Below, piece after piece: positions 38,096 through 50,483 of a stretch of 64,000 nucleotides of DNA. Source of the stretch: Fistulifera solaris. Taxonomy: Eukaryota. Numbering within the stretch: the first letter of the stretch is position 1; each line of letters opens with the position of its first letter. The stretch spans positions 620,001 to 684,000 of the forward strand of contig AP026126.1 in the NCBI GenBank assembly GCA_030295235.1, written 5' to 3'. A program made the position numbers and the translations under genes. The notes under the pieces were generated by a model. That model was not told the DNA's origin. It worked only from the letters and a program-made list of their open reading frames with translations, and did no database searches.

Positions 38096-39381
38096 ATGTC
38101 GCACGATGAGACTGAGCAAACATCTGATGATGGACGCAACTCCTTCCCTGTAGTTTTTCATCGTTTGCTAACAACTGTTTCGAAGAAATCCCCTCATCTT
38201 ATGGGATGGGGGGATCGCGGAACAACATTCTACATGGTGTGCTCCGGCAATGAAGAAGAAATGCAAAAGGCCATCACTCCTTTCTTTGCGCGTGAGTGTG
38301 TTCGTTTTTCACTTATTTCAAAAATCTTCTCCTCACCCATGTTTCGTATTGCTTCTCAGATGGGAACTTCGCATCCATGCGGAGGCAGCTTAGTTCATAC
38401 AGATTTTCGAGAGGAAAGAATGGTCATTGGTATCATCCACGATTCCACAAAAAATCAACACCTGAGGACCTTTTCTTTATTCAAGGAAACCGACGAAAAC
38501 GCGGTGAATTTAGGGAACAGTTACAACAAAGTAAGAAACAATTACCCAAGCTGCCGAACGCACGCACAGGGAAAACATCCATGCTACGAAACATGATGAA
38601 GGGGACCGGTCCGCTTGCGAATGTGGATATCAACGCAAATAATGCTCACGAAACGCATAAACAAGAGAGAGCCTTTCCAGAGAAACTTGGTGAAATGTTG
38701 GATAATCTTTCCCCGAAATACCCTCGCCTTCTTGGGTGGTCTCGTGACGGAAAAGCCTTTTTCGTCGACCGGAGATTATTCGAGGATCACTCTTGGGAAG
38801 TGAAAGAATTTTTTCCTCGTAAGTAACAGTGCCCACATTGTTCGTCATTTCTTCGTAATCTAACAATCATTTTTCCACCAGGTGGTAATCTGAGGAACTT
38901 TCAACGTCAATTGAATGCTTGCGGTTTTCGCCGGCATCCCAGTGGAACGTAAGTCACAACAGATTATCTCATTCCAAGCTGTCGTTAATCCTCTCACAAG
39001 CTTGGCTTTCCTTTATTTTCTAGTTTGGAGGGTTATTGGTACCATCAGTATTTCTCGTCAAAACAAGCGAGCTTGCCTTCGTCAGGGTCAGATGCACCAT
39101 CATTTGAGTCAGCCGATATTGAATCTGACTCGGATGTTGGCATTGACGCACAACCTGTGTTCCTCGGTAGTACCTGTCCCCTTACGACGGTTGTCGATGA
39201 AATGCATGCAGCAGATATCACGAAAAGAAACATTCTAGGTGCTTTTTACTGTGAAAGTTGTTTCTATATGGAAGGCAAGGTGTGCTGCGACAAATGCCCC
39301 GGCCTCCATCATAGAAATTGCCACACTAGTAGATGTGTTAGTCATGTTCAACATGCCGATTTTATGTATCTCACGACATAA
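38096..39381 (+). CDS. Protein with two HSF-type DNA-binding domains and a C-terminal Cys/His cluster
   Basis: DBD1 FPVVF..MGWGDRG..HGNFASMRRQLSSYRF..WYHPRF. DBD2 FPEKL..LGWSRDG..RGNLRNFQRQLNACGFRR..WYHQYF. Introns 38292-38359, 38819-38881 and 38949-39023. Tail CESC..CCDKC..HHRNCH..C..H. Confidence 0.85.
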
Positions 39382-39432
39382 TATAAATTAAGAGAACCTT
39401 TATAATGATAATTTTCATCCTTGATCTTTATT

Positions 39433-40649
39433 TTATATGTCTGACTGGGGCTCCGTCTTCTTCTCGATAACCAGCCCCCGTCGCTTCAGCTCTTTTTCCC
39501 ATTCACGGTCTTCGCCGAGGTCCTTTTCGTGGATCCATCCATGCGTTTCGACTTTATGCTGACCAACGTAGGGGAGAAGTCCCAAGCTACGAGCACGTTT
39601 TACCAGTTTTGCAACGCGGCGCTGGTCACGAGCTCCGAGTCTCGTTTGAATGCGATGTTTGATCTGACCCGTTGGATTCAAAAAGCGCTGAAGAAGAGGA
39701 ATGTTATTGTGGTGCAAAACGTTTACAGGAATTTGCTTGGCTCTCTTGCGATTCACAAGCCGAGATGGACTCAAATCTCCAGGCATGAGATCCGAATATG
39801 GGTTGTCATCGAGAAAGTCGTCCATCTGCCGCTGCGCCCTGGCGGTGAGCCATTTTAAAGCCAACTCTTGTTCATCGGGATCCAACTCGTCGTCTTTTTT
39901 TCTTTTGAGGCGCAGAAGAAGCAGTAGGAATGTGGTCTTCATCAATTTCTAGTTTAAACTCCTTTTTCATGAACTTGGAAAAGGCTTTGAATTCCGATGC
40001 TGAGAGAGGCTTTGAAAAGCTCTCACCAGAAGACTGCTCGATATCAGCACTTTGCGGCGTACTACTGGTCGAACGAGGGCTGCGTCCTAGAACATTCAGC
40101 CCTAAGTTTATTTTACGAATTCTTCCACCAAGCTTGTTGAGCTCGACGGGAATCCCAATCTCATCAGTTCCTGACTCTTGCCAGTGCTTCTCGAGGCTTT
40201 TGAGAAGCCATTTCTCTTGATCGATAGGATCCGCTTTCAAAATGCGCTTTTCCTCCTCTGTGAGTTCCTTTTTGATAACACCCGTTAATCTGCCGGTTGT
40301 GGTATCTCGTTCGTAAATGGGGGGAAGTTCCTTTTCGGGGCCGATCCTCCCCTCACCGTCTTCGTAATTCAGTCCGAATGGATCGTCCCACGTGTCTTCG
40401 GCTGAGACAACATCTGCAGCGACGTCCGGTGGTAAAACTTCTTCTTCATGAAAATCCTCATCAAAAGCTACTTTCACTCCTTTTCGTCCCTTTGGCTTTT
40501 TTATCGTCAGTAGAAAAGAACCGCTTGCTGGCAGTAAATGATTGCAACGCGAACGATCGATTGGTATCAGCAATTCGACGAATTCCGAACGACGAGGACG
40601 ACGAAATTGAAACACGAGCGACTTTGGTTAACAACGATCGAGTCGCCAT
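39433..40649 (-). CDS. RSM18: Mitochondrial ribosomal protein bS18m
   Basis: Arg/Ser-rich mitochondrial presequence; NIPLLQRFLNPTGQIKHRIQTRLGARDQRRVAKLVKRARSLGLLPY. Frameshifts near 40495 and 39895. Confidence 0.85.
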
Positions 40650-40962
40650 TTTGCTTTCAAAAATAGTTGGCTTTTAATCAAATGAAGAAGTCAGTTCTTA
40701 CGTTGACAGCGATACTTTCCATCAAGGTGTTTGGTGGCAAATGGCCAGCCGCACATTCGTTGTGAGTGTGGGTTCGATGAACAGGCCGAACCAGTACTAC
40801 ATTGCCTATATCGGCAAAGCCAAAATATGTCTCACCGTGACACTAATCGTAGAAGTAATGTGATATTTCTTTTGTGGTCTTGCCCAAGACAAGTAAACGA
40901 AAAGAAAGTTGAATTAAGTACACTACAATGCATTATTTAATACTTGATAGAGCGGAAAGTAA

Positions 40963-43294
40963 CTAGTTTGAATCCTTGTAATCGGTTCGGAAGTGATCAG
41001 CAGCGTTCGGAGGTAGGTGCGCTAAGTGATCCAAGTCCACGGCACTGCACTGATCAGAATGGGACCAATGGTAGGTCGTAGCAAAGACAAGAAAATGTAA
41101 CACAAGAACATAAAAGAACAGAGCGGTTCGCATCTCGCGGGTAGCTTGTGTTGTAATAAGGACGTTCTTTGAGTACATTTTGCTGTGCAATAGATCAACG
41201 TCTGTCCCCCAACAAATGACGTACCTAGGACCGATTTAGCGACAACAAACACTGCTCGCTCCATTGGAGGCATTTCGTTTAGCTTGCGTTGACGCTCCGC
41301 TCTACTAAATTGGCGGAAAGGATCAACAGAAGCCTCATAGCGTTGCTCTAATGCTTCCAGATCCATATCGTGATCAGCCTTAAAGCCACGGTTGTTTTTG
41401 CTGGAAAAATTTTGCAGATAGCGAACTTTTTCGTAAAGCTTGGTGTTATCCGCCTTGAGAGAATCAGAGGCGGAAACTTGTGCTTGCAGTTCACGCTTGA
41501 ATGAGTCTCGTTCAGCTTCGAGAGCTTCGCAACGCGCTCTTAGTCGATCTCGCTGCGCCATGACGATCGTCGCAACCGAATGGTCATCGTCCGACTGTTC
41601 CGTCGACTTCTTCGAGACAGAAGGCTCTTTTGCAACAACTTTAGAACTGGGTCGTTCGGCTGATGGCTCCAAAACACTTTTTAGAATTTCAAAGTTCTCA
41701 GTTGGAGGGACCAGGAGTGCGGGACTAGCCTGTGGTGGCGCACACGCTGCAATAGCTCTGGCAAGATCAGCTTCCAGAGAAGCCAACAACCTCTCTTGGT
41801 CCTTGTTCGTATTCTCCATCTCTGTCAGTTGGGCTTGTAAATTCGTACATTCCTTTTCCAGCTCCTCTCGGTTCACACGCTCCGTCACAAGCTCTGACTC
41901 TGCTTTCTTCAGCTTCGACACTAACACCGATTCTAGGTCTGTAACATCATCCTGGTTACCAACTATTTCAGGGTTCTGATCTGTGTCGGCGTTGTACTCT
42001 AAGCGCTTCAAAATACGAAGCTCTCGTCTCATCGTTTCGACAAGTTGTGGACTCGGCGCCGAAGCCAGATCCTGTTGCAGAGAGTCCACTTTCAGTTGCA
42101 TTTGTCTTTTCTCTCGTTCGTAGGAATCCATTTTTGTCCTGGAAGTTCGTCTTTCTTCCGTAATTTCATCATCCTTTTGCGTAGTTCCTCTCGAAGTAAA
42201 TTAGCTGTTTGGGCTAGTTCGGCGACCTGTGACAATAGTTTAGAGCCATCCAACAATGTTTCGATGTTAGGAGATGGAGATGATAACTTACCTCGGCTTC
42301 GTATGCGTCACGCTCCAAGATGAGTTCCTCAACTTGATTTCCGCCAGAAAAGTGCGCATCGCTACTTTTCCCTTGCAGCGCAGCCACTTTTAGCTGCAAT
42401 TCATCTTTTTCCCGCGTTGTGATTTGAACGACTTCTCTGAGACGTTCCAGATCGTCAGTGAAGATTTGCTTCTGTGCCTCCCATGCAGCCTCCCTTTGCG
42501 AAACACCTTCGTCTGCATCAAGCAGATGAGCCTGGGTTGCTTCACGTCCAGCGCGTTCTGCTTTCAACTCAAGTTCCAACTTTTGCACTTTTCGTGCCAT
42601 TGAAGCCTCGCGCTCTAAGGCTTCTGCGGCTCTGCGTCCTTCCGTATCAATCAACTCCTCTCGTGCTTTGGCTAGTTGCTCTTGTAATTGTTCCTCAGCT
42701 GCCGCTTGTAATTCAACAATCTTCGCTTCAAGTTTACGGATGGTAATATCTTGGTTCTTCAGCGACCGGAATTCTACTTCGTATTCCGCTACTTCTCGGC
42801 GTAGCTCCATCAGTTCATCCCGTTCTTGCGTCGATATGCCGCTACTTGGCTGTGGAGCCTTACGAGTCTGCACTTCTTCTGCGCAAGAGATAAGTATGCT
42901 GGCCGGATCGGGAAGCTCTTGAAGAGTCTGAGCAAGCGAGGTGTAAGCGCTTTCTATCGATTTGCACCGACGCGTAAGATTGTCAATTTCTTCTTTGTAC
43001 GAATTGACGATACGTTTCGCATCACTTGTGACGTTGTCGACAGCTTGAATAGCTGTCGCCACATTTTCTGGCGTGGCCTCTTCGGTCAAGGGAAGACCCT
43101 GTCTGCGACAAAGTTTTGATGGATTTTTTGAATTGTTTTGTAACATCGGCCAAGTTCTTGCGAGCTGCTAGCGACTGTTCACGGGCCTCAATGCTCGCCT
43201 GAAGCGTCGGCTCGATTTGTGACTTCTGTGATAGGTTCCAATCTTTCCATTTCTCCGCGGCTTCGGAGATTTCTTGCAAAGGCGTTGTTTGCAT
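40963..43294 (-). CDS. CASP: Golgin CASP (COY1/CUX1-CASP homolog)
   Basis: RKNLA..TKQFKK, YKEEIDNLTRRCK, LKNQDITIRKLE, QRDRLRAR..LE, DNTKLYEKVRYLQ, YEASVDPF and TM FFYVLVLHFLVF. Introns 42227-42291 and 41145-41224. Confidence 0.9.
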
Positions 43295-43674
43295 TTTAAT
43301 CTAATTCAGTTTTCGGTGCAATCAACGGCAGTTCAAAAAGATAATGTCGATGATGCAATTGAACATGTGCAATGACCGTTTCAACTTCCAGCTCTCATTC
43401 GGTGGAGTTTTTCACTGAAATACAAACAACAAACAACCGAACTGAGTACTTTCTGCCTAGCTAAATAAATTGTGAACTCGTCTCTTAGCGGTACCAGAAA
43501 AGCTATGGATTATTCACCAGGCAACTTAAACCTTATGAAGGAACAAATCGTTGTTAAGCTGTCAACACATAGACTTTTCATGGTCATTAACACACTAAAG
43601 TCACTTATAAAAATCTATCTTTGGTAGTTTGAAAAAGTAAATGGTATCGAGAACGCTGCAAATACGATAGACAC

Positions 43675-46600
43675 TTATGCAGACGGAACCATATCACGAA
43701 GCATCGCATTTACCACAGCTTTCCTTGTCTGTTGGGAGCTTACGAGCGCAAACAGCGCCGCACGACTCTCACTTCGGAAATAAAGGGCTTGTCTTCCAGG
43801 ATTGTTTCCTTGGTCATCTGATACCGCGAATATACACAATATATGATGACCGGAGAGAGTCGAAAAGGCCCATGCGTTGGCAGCAAATCCGCCGGGGATG
43901 GCCTCCCCGGGCCAATCCAGCTTGGACATGGTAGCTATCTTTTTCGAAATAGGGTCATTCATTTCTTCTTGTGGGCGACTTTTTTCTTGGTCCTTTCGTT
44001 CAAGTTTCACAGGAGGTAACTGATGTGGCATCCGAAACCAGAGAAACCGAAAAGCTTCATAGTCACCACATCGATCCACAAAAAAAACTAACCGGCAAGG
44101 TTGCAAACCAGCCATTGGCGGCAGTTGAAAAGCATCTCCTACAACCACAACTTTTGTAAATTTTAGGGAGTCTGCTTGCGAGCCACTTTCACTGGCAATA
44201 AGAAAATCATCTTCGCCGCTTTTACTTCCCGTTTCGATGACGCTTTCAGAGGAAACAATAGCACCCGTCTTTAAATCCAAGCTCACTCTTACGAGGCCGC
44301 TCTCTTCGGCTTCGATATTCATCTTTGGGTAACTTACTGATGGTCGCAATTCCAATGGGCTAGAAGATGAATATTCTTGATCCAATACAATGGCCCACGT
44401 AAGCGAATCCCCAGCTTTTACCTCCTGGCGGTAGACAGTTGATGTTGAAAATGGAAGCGGTGCCTCGGTCATGAGTTCGCGGAAAGACATGTTCAACGAT
44501 TCAGCAAAGTGCTTCCCAATTGTATCATCGGCTGGTTCGCACAACGTCGCACCAACTTCCAAGCAAATCCCTTCCGTGAAATCAATCGGCGTAATGTTGA
44601 AAATGCGGATAAAAACGCCGATCCGAAATTCGTCTTCGCCGTCAAGTCGTAAATGTCGTTGGGGCGTAGCAGCCATTGTTATTTGAGTAGCATCCGATGC
44701 AGCAGAGCAAGATTTGACCCAAACATCAGACGCTGCCAGCGGATTCCCAAATGTTCCTAATTGACGGCCGTCGCGCGAGGCATTTACAGGTGGTATTGTC
44801 AGGCGCATCGGAGAGATCGCACGAGCGTACACATTCGAATCGACGGTAGTAGAGGAATATATTGCGTGCCGGGTTCGAGAAATAACAATCTGGCGGCAAA
44901 GCTGCATCCAAAAGCCTCGTTGAAAAGTATCGATAGAAGCAGGCGCTGGTTTGGTGGAAGAAATAAGAGGCTTTATTTTTGTTTTGACTGGCTGGATGAC
45001 AAATTCAGACAAAGGAAACTCGGTACCTCCTTCTGGACCGTTTTCATAGTGACTTTGGATCCGTCTGATTGCCGCTTCGCTGACAGGAAGAATGATTGTG
45101 GTGATTATCTCTTCGGAAAGCACGTCATCTGCCTTTGCTTGTAAACTCGCGACAGCAGCTGATATTAGTTGCTTGGCATCTGACCCACCGAAACGTCGTC
45201 TCCACCCCACAGCGGTTAAGGCGATGTTTTCAATGCATGCAACACACATTTTGACTGTCTCTCCTGCTAATTTTTTCACCGAATCTCTCTTTGGCCGTCC
45301 GTCGGCGTTGAGAGTGGGAACGTGTGATGCATAAATAATTTTGATAATGCGTTGTGGACTGAGGGCAGTAATGATATCCTTGCCACTTTTTACATTGAGA
45401 TTTGTTGTACCAGTACCAGCGACGGCCTCAAAATCACTCTGAGCAGCTGAAACCTCACACTGTACCCAGTGATCGGCCGCCAAAGACAACAAGAAGAGTC
45501 GCATGTGGTGCGAAGGAACTCCATGGTGCAGCTCTTGTGCCACAAGGTCGTCCATCAGTTTTGTTGTTGCGATAGGGGGCCTTTATCACTTGTCTCAAAT
45601 TTTGACAGTAGAGCAGCTGAATCCATCATACGGTCCCAGAGTATATGCGGGGGACAAGCGTTCGTAGTCAGCTTCAATGAAACAGATGCAGAAGGTTCTA
45701 ACAATCCTACGCCGTGTAAGAAATCTTGAAGGAGCTGCACGTAAGCTGTCGATCCTGCAGCAGTCAGCGTAACGTCCTCATCGAGATAAGCTAATCTGGG
45801 ACCCGACAAAACAGAAGGCACAAATGCTCTGAGTATACTCCAACTTAGATGAAGCCATTTTTCTACCGCTCCACTGTTCGTCGGCGCAAGAGTTCCATCT
45901 GGAGCAAGCCTGAAGCTACGGCCGATATCGAGAGCAACCGTAGCCAAAACTAGGAGCATCTCATCTTTAATGGGTGACAAAACCCCCTCGTCATAGTCTA
46001 TATTTTGTAGAGCAGCGGATAGGAAAGTCTCGAAATGATCCGACGTCGCTGAAGCATCGTGATCATCCACAAAAAAGCTGAGGGCCATTTCAGTAAATAG
46101 GCCAACGCGAGTTGGAAGGCGGTATTCTTTCCAGCCTTTCCAAGAAATCAGAAGTCCTGCCGTAGAAGCAGATGATGATATCGACATAGACGCCGGTAGG
46201 TTGACCAATTTCTGCACCAAAAACACCAATCGCGGGGTTCGTTCCGCTAGTGGCAGGGCGCGACAAGCGATGACAGCAGCTGCCAGTCCAGCTAGTTTCT
46301 GCTCGAGCGGCAATTCTGTCTCCATCAGATCTTCGCACAGAACGGCAGCGCTATATTGAATAATGATAGCTGCCCATGGCGTATGAGGGCAGGCATTCGC
46401 TAGTCGCAAACCAGAGAGTGCCGCCGCCCGCGTAGCCGCACCGTTTGCACTCGTTTGCAATAGAGGCAGAACCAGCGCGTTGACCGCCGTGTCTACCAAA
46501 CTCCTCGCATCCACTTCCGACCATCGTTTCGAAAAGACTGCACGGTCCATGAGACTCAATGTGGCCGGTGTGGTACGCACTATATGAATGAGACAAGCGG

Positions 46601-47441
46601 TTACGCAAGGCAAGGCGGCAGCAACGAAGGCGGTATCAGAGTATTGCGCGATTCGATCCAGAATCTGAAATAACCTCGGGGACAAAACATTTTCTTGAAC
46701 TCTGATTTGTAGTTCAGCCATGGGTATTGACGGGTCTTCGTCAACTACTGCCCGGAGTGTCGGCGCGTAGGGTGAGGAGCGTCCAAAAGCAATGCTGTGT
46801 ATCTGATGAAGCAGTTCGTCGTGAACAACTGTCCCAGGAATTGTAGATGATGACAATATGAGTGTTCCGATGGCTTCTATTGCCGAAGCAGAGACGCCGT
46901 CATCCTCATCGTCCAACACTATAGTAGCGAGGGCGACTGTCACATCCGTGCCAATTTCATCTTCCAGCCGATTGACTGCTGGATCACGTACGGAATACAA
47001 GAGCGGCGAATGCCTTATTCTGGCGTACGCAGAACGAGCAACGATTGCTAAGGTCTCACATGCTAATATGCGACATCGACGGTCTTTATGACTTTGCATG
47101 CATTCCTGAAGCGCGGCCATGCATGTGGAAGTTGATTTAACGTACGATGGGTCATGGAAGAGATCCGAAGAGGCATTGTTTGTCGTATCCTGAAATAGTG
47201 TATTCGACCCGTGGCCAGCAAATTGACAAAGCTGCAGGCAAGCCTTTGCGACGGAAGCGTATGCGGATTGATCATCTCTGAGGGGAGTTAGGCATGACGA
47301 TGGATCTGTTGTTCGCGCAGGAAATTCCAGCTCTGGCTGTATAAATTCACTCTCGTCTTGGTTCCCTGTACCGGTTCCAGTATTTCGATTCTCATCCTTC
47401 AGTTGATTGGAAGCAAGGGGAGTTGCAACTTGAGCACTCAT
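43675..47441 (-). CDS. Large HEAT-repeat protein with a coat-adaptor appendage-like C-terminus (TPLATE/beta-COP-like)
   Basis: ORFs 45555-47441 and 43675-45555 abut at a frameshift. Helical HEAT-like N-terminus (DDEDDGVSASAIEAIG); C-terminal SAASD, IRIFNIT, AFQLPPMAGLQP and FRFLWFRMP. Confidence 0.6.
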
Positions 47442-48039
47442 CGTTTATTCAGCATTTATTTCTTTGGCAGCTTGTTGTTGCTTTTGTTGCAAATAAGAAA
47501 GGTCCGCGTCGCGTGTCGCGTGTGTGCGATATGATTATTTTTCGATCATCGATCATCGGCCAACTTGCGGACTCTGAGTACCGCGTAAGGGGGCAAAAAA
47601 TGAGGATACTATAGTCCAACATGTAGTCTATCTTCCATCAAGACTGGATTTCAGTCATGAAACTATTGTTATTTTACTCTTTTGTTGCTCGCATCCGCCA
47701 TGACCATTATAAGCACATGTCTTAATTGTTTGTGCTACTTCTGCAAAGCGTTTACCGTTCTGAAATAAACTGAAGTAGACAAATAAAACACGCCTGATAG
47801 GGGTGTCGAACTTTCAAAAATTAATGTTAAATTTTACATTTATGTCGGAGTGGTAGTTTCGGGCTCCATGCTGTTTTGTACTGTGTTCGGGTTCTGATCG
47901 AGTGTCACTTTTTCGTAAAACAAATGCGAACACGGAACAAAGAAAAGGTTGGCACACTTGTTCTACGAATTCAAACTATTTACGAGAATGACACCATCAT
48001 TTATTTCGTAACAATCAGACAATAGCAAATATTAACAAA

Positions 48040-50173
48040 ATGGCCGAACAGCCAATGACAGAGGCCGAACCCATAGTGGAAGAGGACGCCACCCACGATG
48101 AAACCATTCTTTTGGACGACGCGATTCATTTAGATGACACGAGGCATACAAGAGGGGGCGGTCCACCCGATCACTCGACAAGAATTGGCCGCATTTACCA
48201 TGTCACCTCCCAAAAGTGATTACACCGGCTCACTCGTTTACGTCGGAAGCTCAGCGGCAACTGAAAGCGAATAACAAAGAGGACGATGAGAATGTAACGT
48301 GGAGAGATGTGGCTGCTGCCTGCTTTTGCCACTCTGCTGCACAATGGAGAGATATTTTCCTGGGTGCTTTTCTTCTCTGCGGTTTTCTTTACTTTTTTCT
48401 GATCGGATTGGATTTGCTCGGCACGTCCTTTCAAGTCGTCGGAGGATGCACAGCAGGCTCATTGCTCGGCAGCGATACGAATCCGTTGGCAAGTTTAATG
48501 ATCGGAATCGTCGCCACCGCTTTGTTGCATTCGTCTGCGACTGCGACAGCAATCATTGTATCGCTTGTCAACGGAGGACTGGATGTGGATCAGGGAATCT
48601 ACATGGTAATGGGAGCGAACATCGGGACGAGTGTGACCAGCATGATCGTATCGCTCGCACACATGGGTGATGGCGAGGAATTGGAGCGCGCTTTCGGTGG
48701 ATGTTCCACCCTGTTCGTTTTCAACTTTTATACTGTACTGGTGCTATTTCCTCTCGAAATAGCAACGAAGTATCTGTATCATCTCACCAAGGCGATGCTA
48801 CCTTCCTCCAGCAGTCGGCAGGAAGGTGAAAGCTGGGAAAGCCCTATCAAGAAGATCATTTCGCCACTGACCAAAAAAAGTTCTTATCGCGAACAAAGGA
48901 CTAATAGATGATATATCAATGGGAGAACTGGAAGGATGTGGGTCCGTCTATCCCACTTTTTTGTGAAGGAGGCGATGTATCCTACGCTTCGTGCAAACAA
49001 GGCCTTATTGCTTGCGACAAGAAGACGAATAAATGTCCGACTTTGTTTCAAAATGGGGCAGACAAACGAGACGACATGGTTTCGGGATGGGTTTGTCTTT
49101 TCATCTCGTTATGTCTGCTCATTACTTGTCTCCTTGGCCTGGTTGCACTACTCCACAGAATGCTAGAGGGCGCTTCGAAACGAATCATATACAAAGCGAC
49201 AAACATCAACGGGTACTTCTCTATCGCCATTGGGTGCGGAGTCACAACTGTGGTCCAGAGTTCTTCGGTCACTGTCTCAGCGCTGGTCCCTCTGGTACGT
49301 ACAACATAGGGATACCATTGAAATGTCGGTCGACGCCACTCTCTGATGATCATTCCTCCTTCAGGCCGGTGTGGGGATTCTCTCCTTGGAACAAATGTTT
49401 CCTCTTGTTGTCGGGGCGGATATTGGCACAACGGTTACCGCATTAATGGCTTCCATGGTGAGCAGCAAAGTGGAGGCGCTGCAAATAGCGTTGGTGCATG
49501 TATTTTTCAACGTAACAGGAGCTGTGCTCTGGTATCCTGTACCTTTTTGCGACAAATACCACTTAAAACAGCCCGTAAATTGGGACGGATCACGAGAGAA
49601 TGGCGAAACTTTCCGGTGCTTTTCATCTTGGTTGTCTATCATCTCCTTCCGATTCTGATTTTGGGTATCAGCAGTTGCTTTGAAACAGATAGCAAAGGAT
49701 TCCGAGCTCTGGGAACTTTCCTGACCATCATCATTGCTTCAAGCATTCTGTATTTAATTTACTGGTGGAATTTTAATCGGGGCCGAGAAAAGACTCGTGC
49801 ATGGCAAACCCGTCGACAACGACGCCGCGCTGCTTTAGAACAACTAGCCGACGACATGGATTATTGCAAGTGCGATATTGAGTACGTAAAAAACGAAGTT
49901 GGGCGCCTGAAGGACCTGGCTGGTATCAATGTTGAAGAAGGTGTTGTTTTGCAAGAAAAGCAATCGTCTCACCGACGAGTCGGTAGCCACGGGCAGGATA
50001 TGTTGACCGGAGAAGATCACGTCTCGCTCTATCATTCATGTCAATCGCAGTCTTGGGCTAATGTCATTGCTTCTGCGGGCGGGTCCCTGAGAGGTTCTTT
50101 GCATTCCATATTCGAGCCTACTCATTCGTCAGCGGGGCAAGAAAATGAAGATACCTATGATGATGCCAATTAG
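48040..50173 (+). CDS. SLC34-family Na+/phosphate cotransporter
   Basis: LYFFLIGLDLLG, NPLASLMIG, VMGANIGTSVT, VVQSSS, GADIGTT and ALQIALVHVFFN motifs. Intron 49295-49364; homopolymer frameshifts. Confidence 0.9.
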
Positions 50174-50483
50174 ATAATCATTGTACCGAATGCTTGAAGT
50201 GGCGGCGTCCCCTGTAGCAAATAAATGTAGTTTGAGCGGAAATTACTGTATAAAACGTCAAGTGCTTTTCCCCGTTTTCCCTGTCATACAGTGTCCTTGG
50301 TTGAGTGTACTTTGTAGTAGTAGTTGTTAATTGTGCTGCGTTAGTATCGGTAAGACATGGATCCTTGTAGTCGGCCTCGCATTTTTAATTATTTGCATTC
50401 CAAACTCCCGATCGAATCCGCCGCGAAGCTCCCCCTCTTGTGTTGTCATTTTCGCTGTCGGCTTCTCGTGCAAAACATAAACC

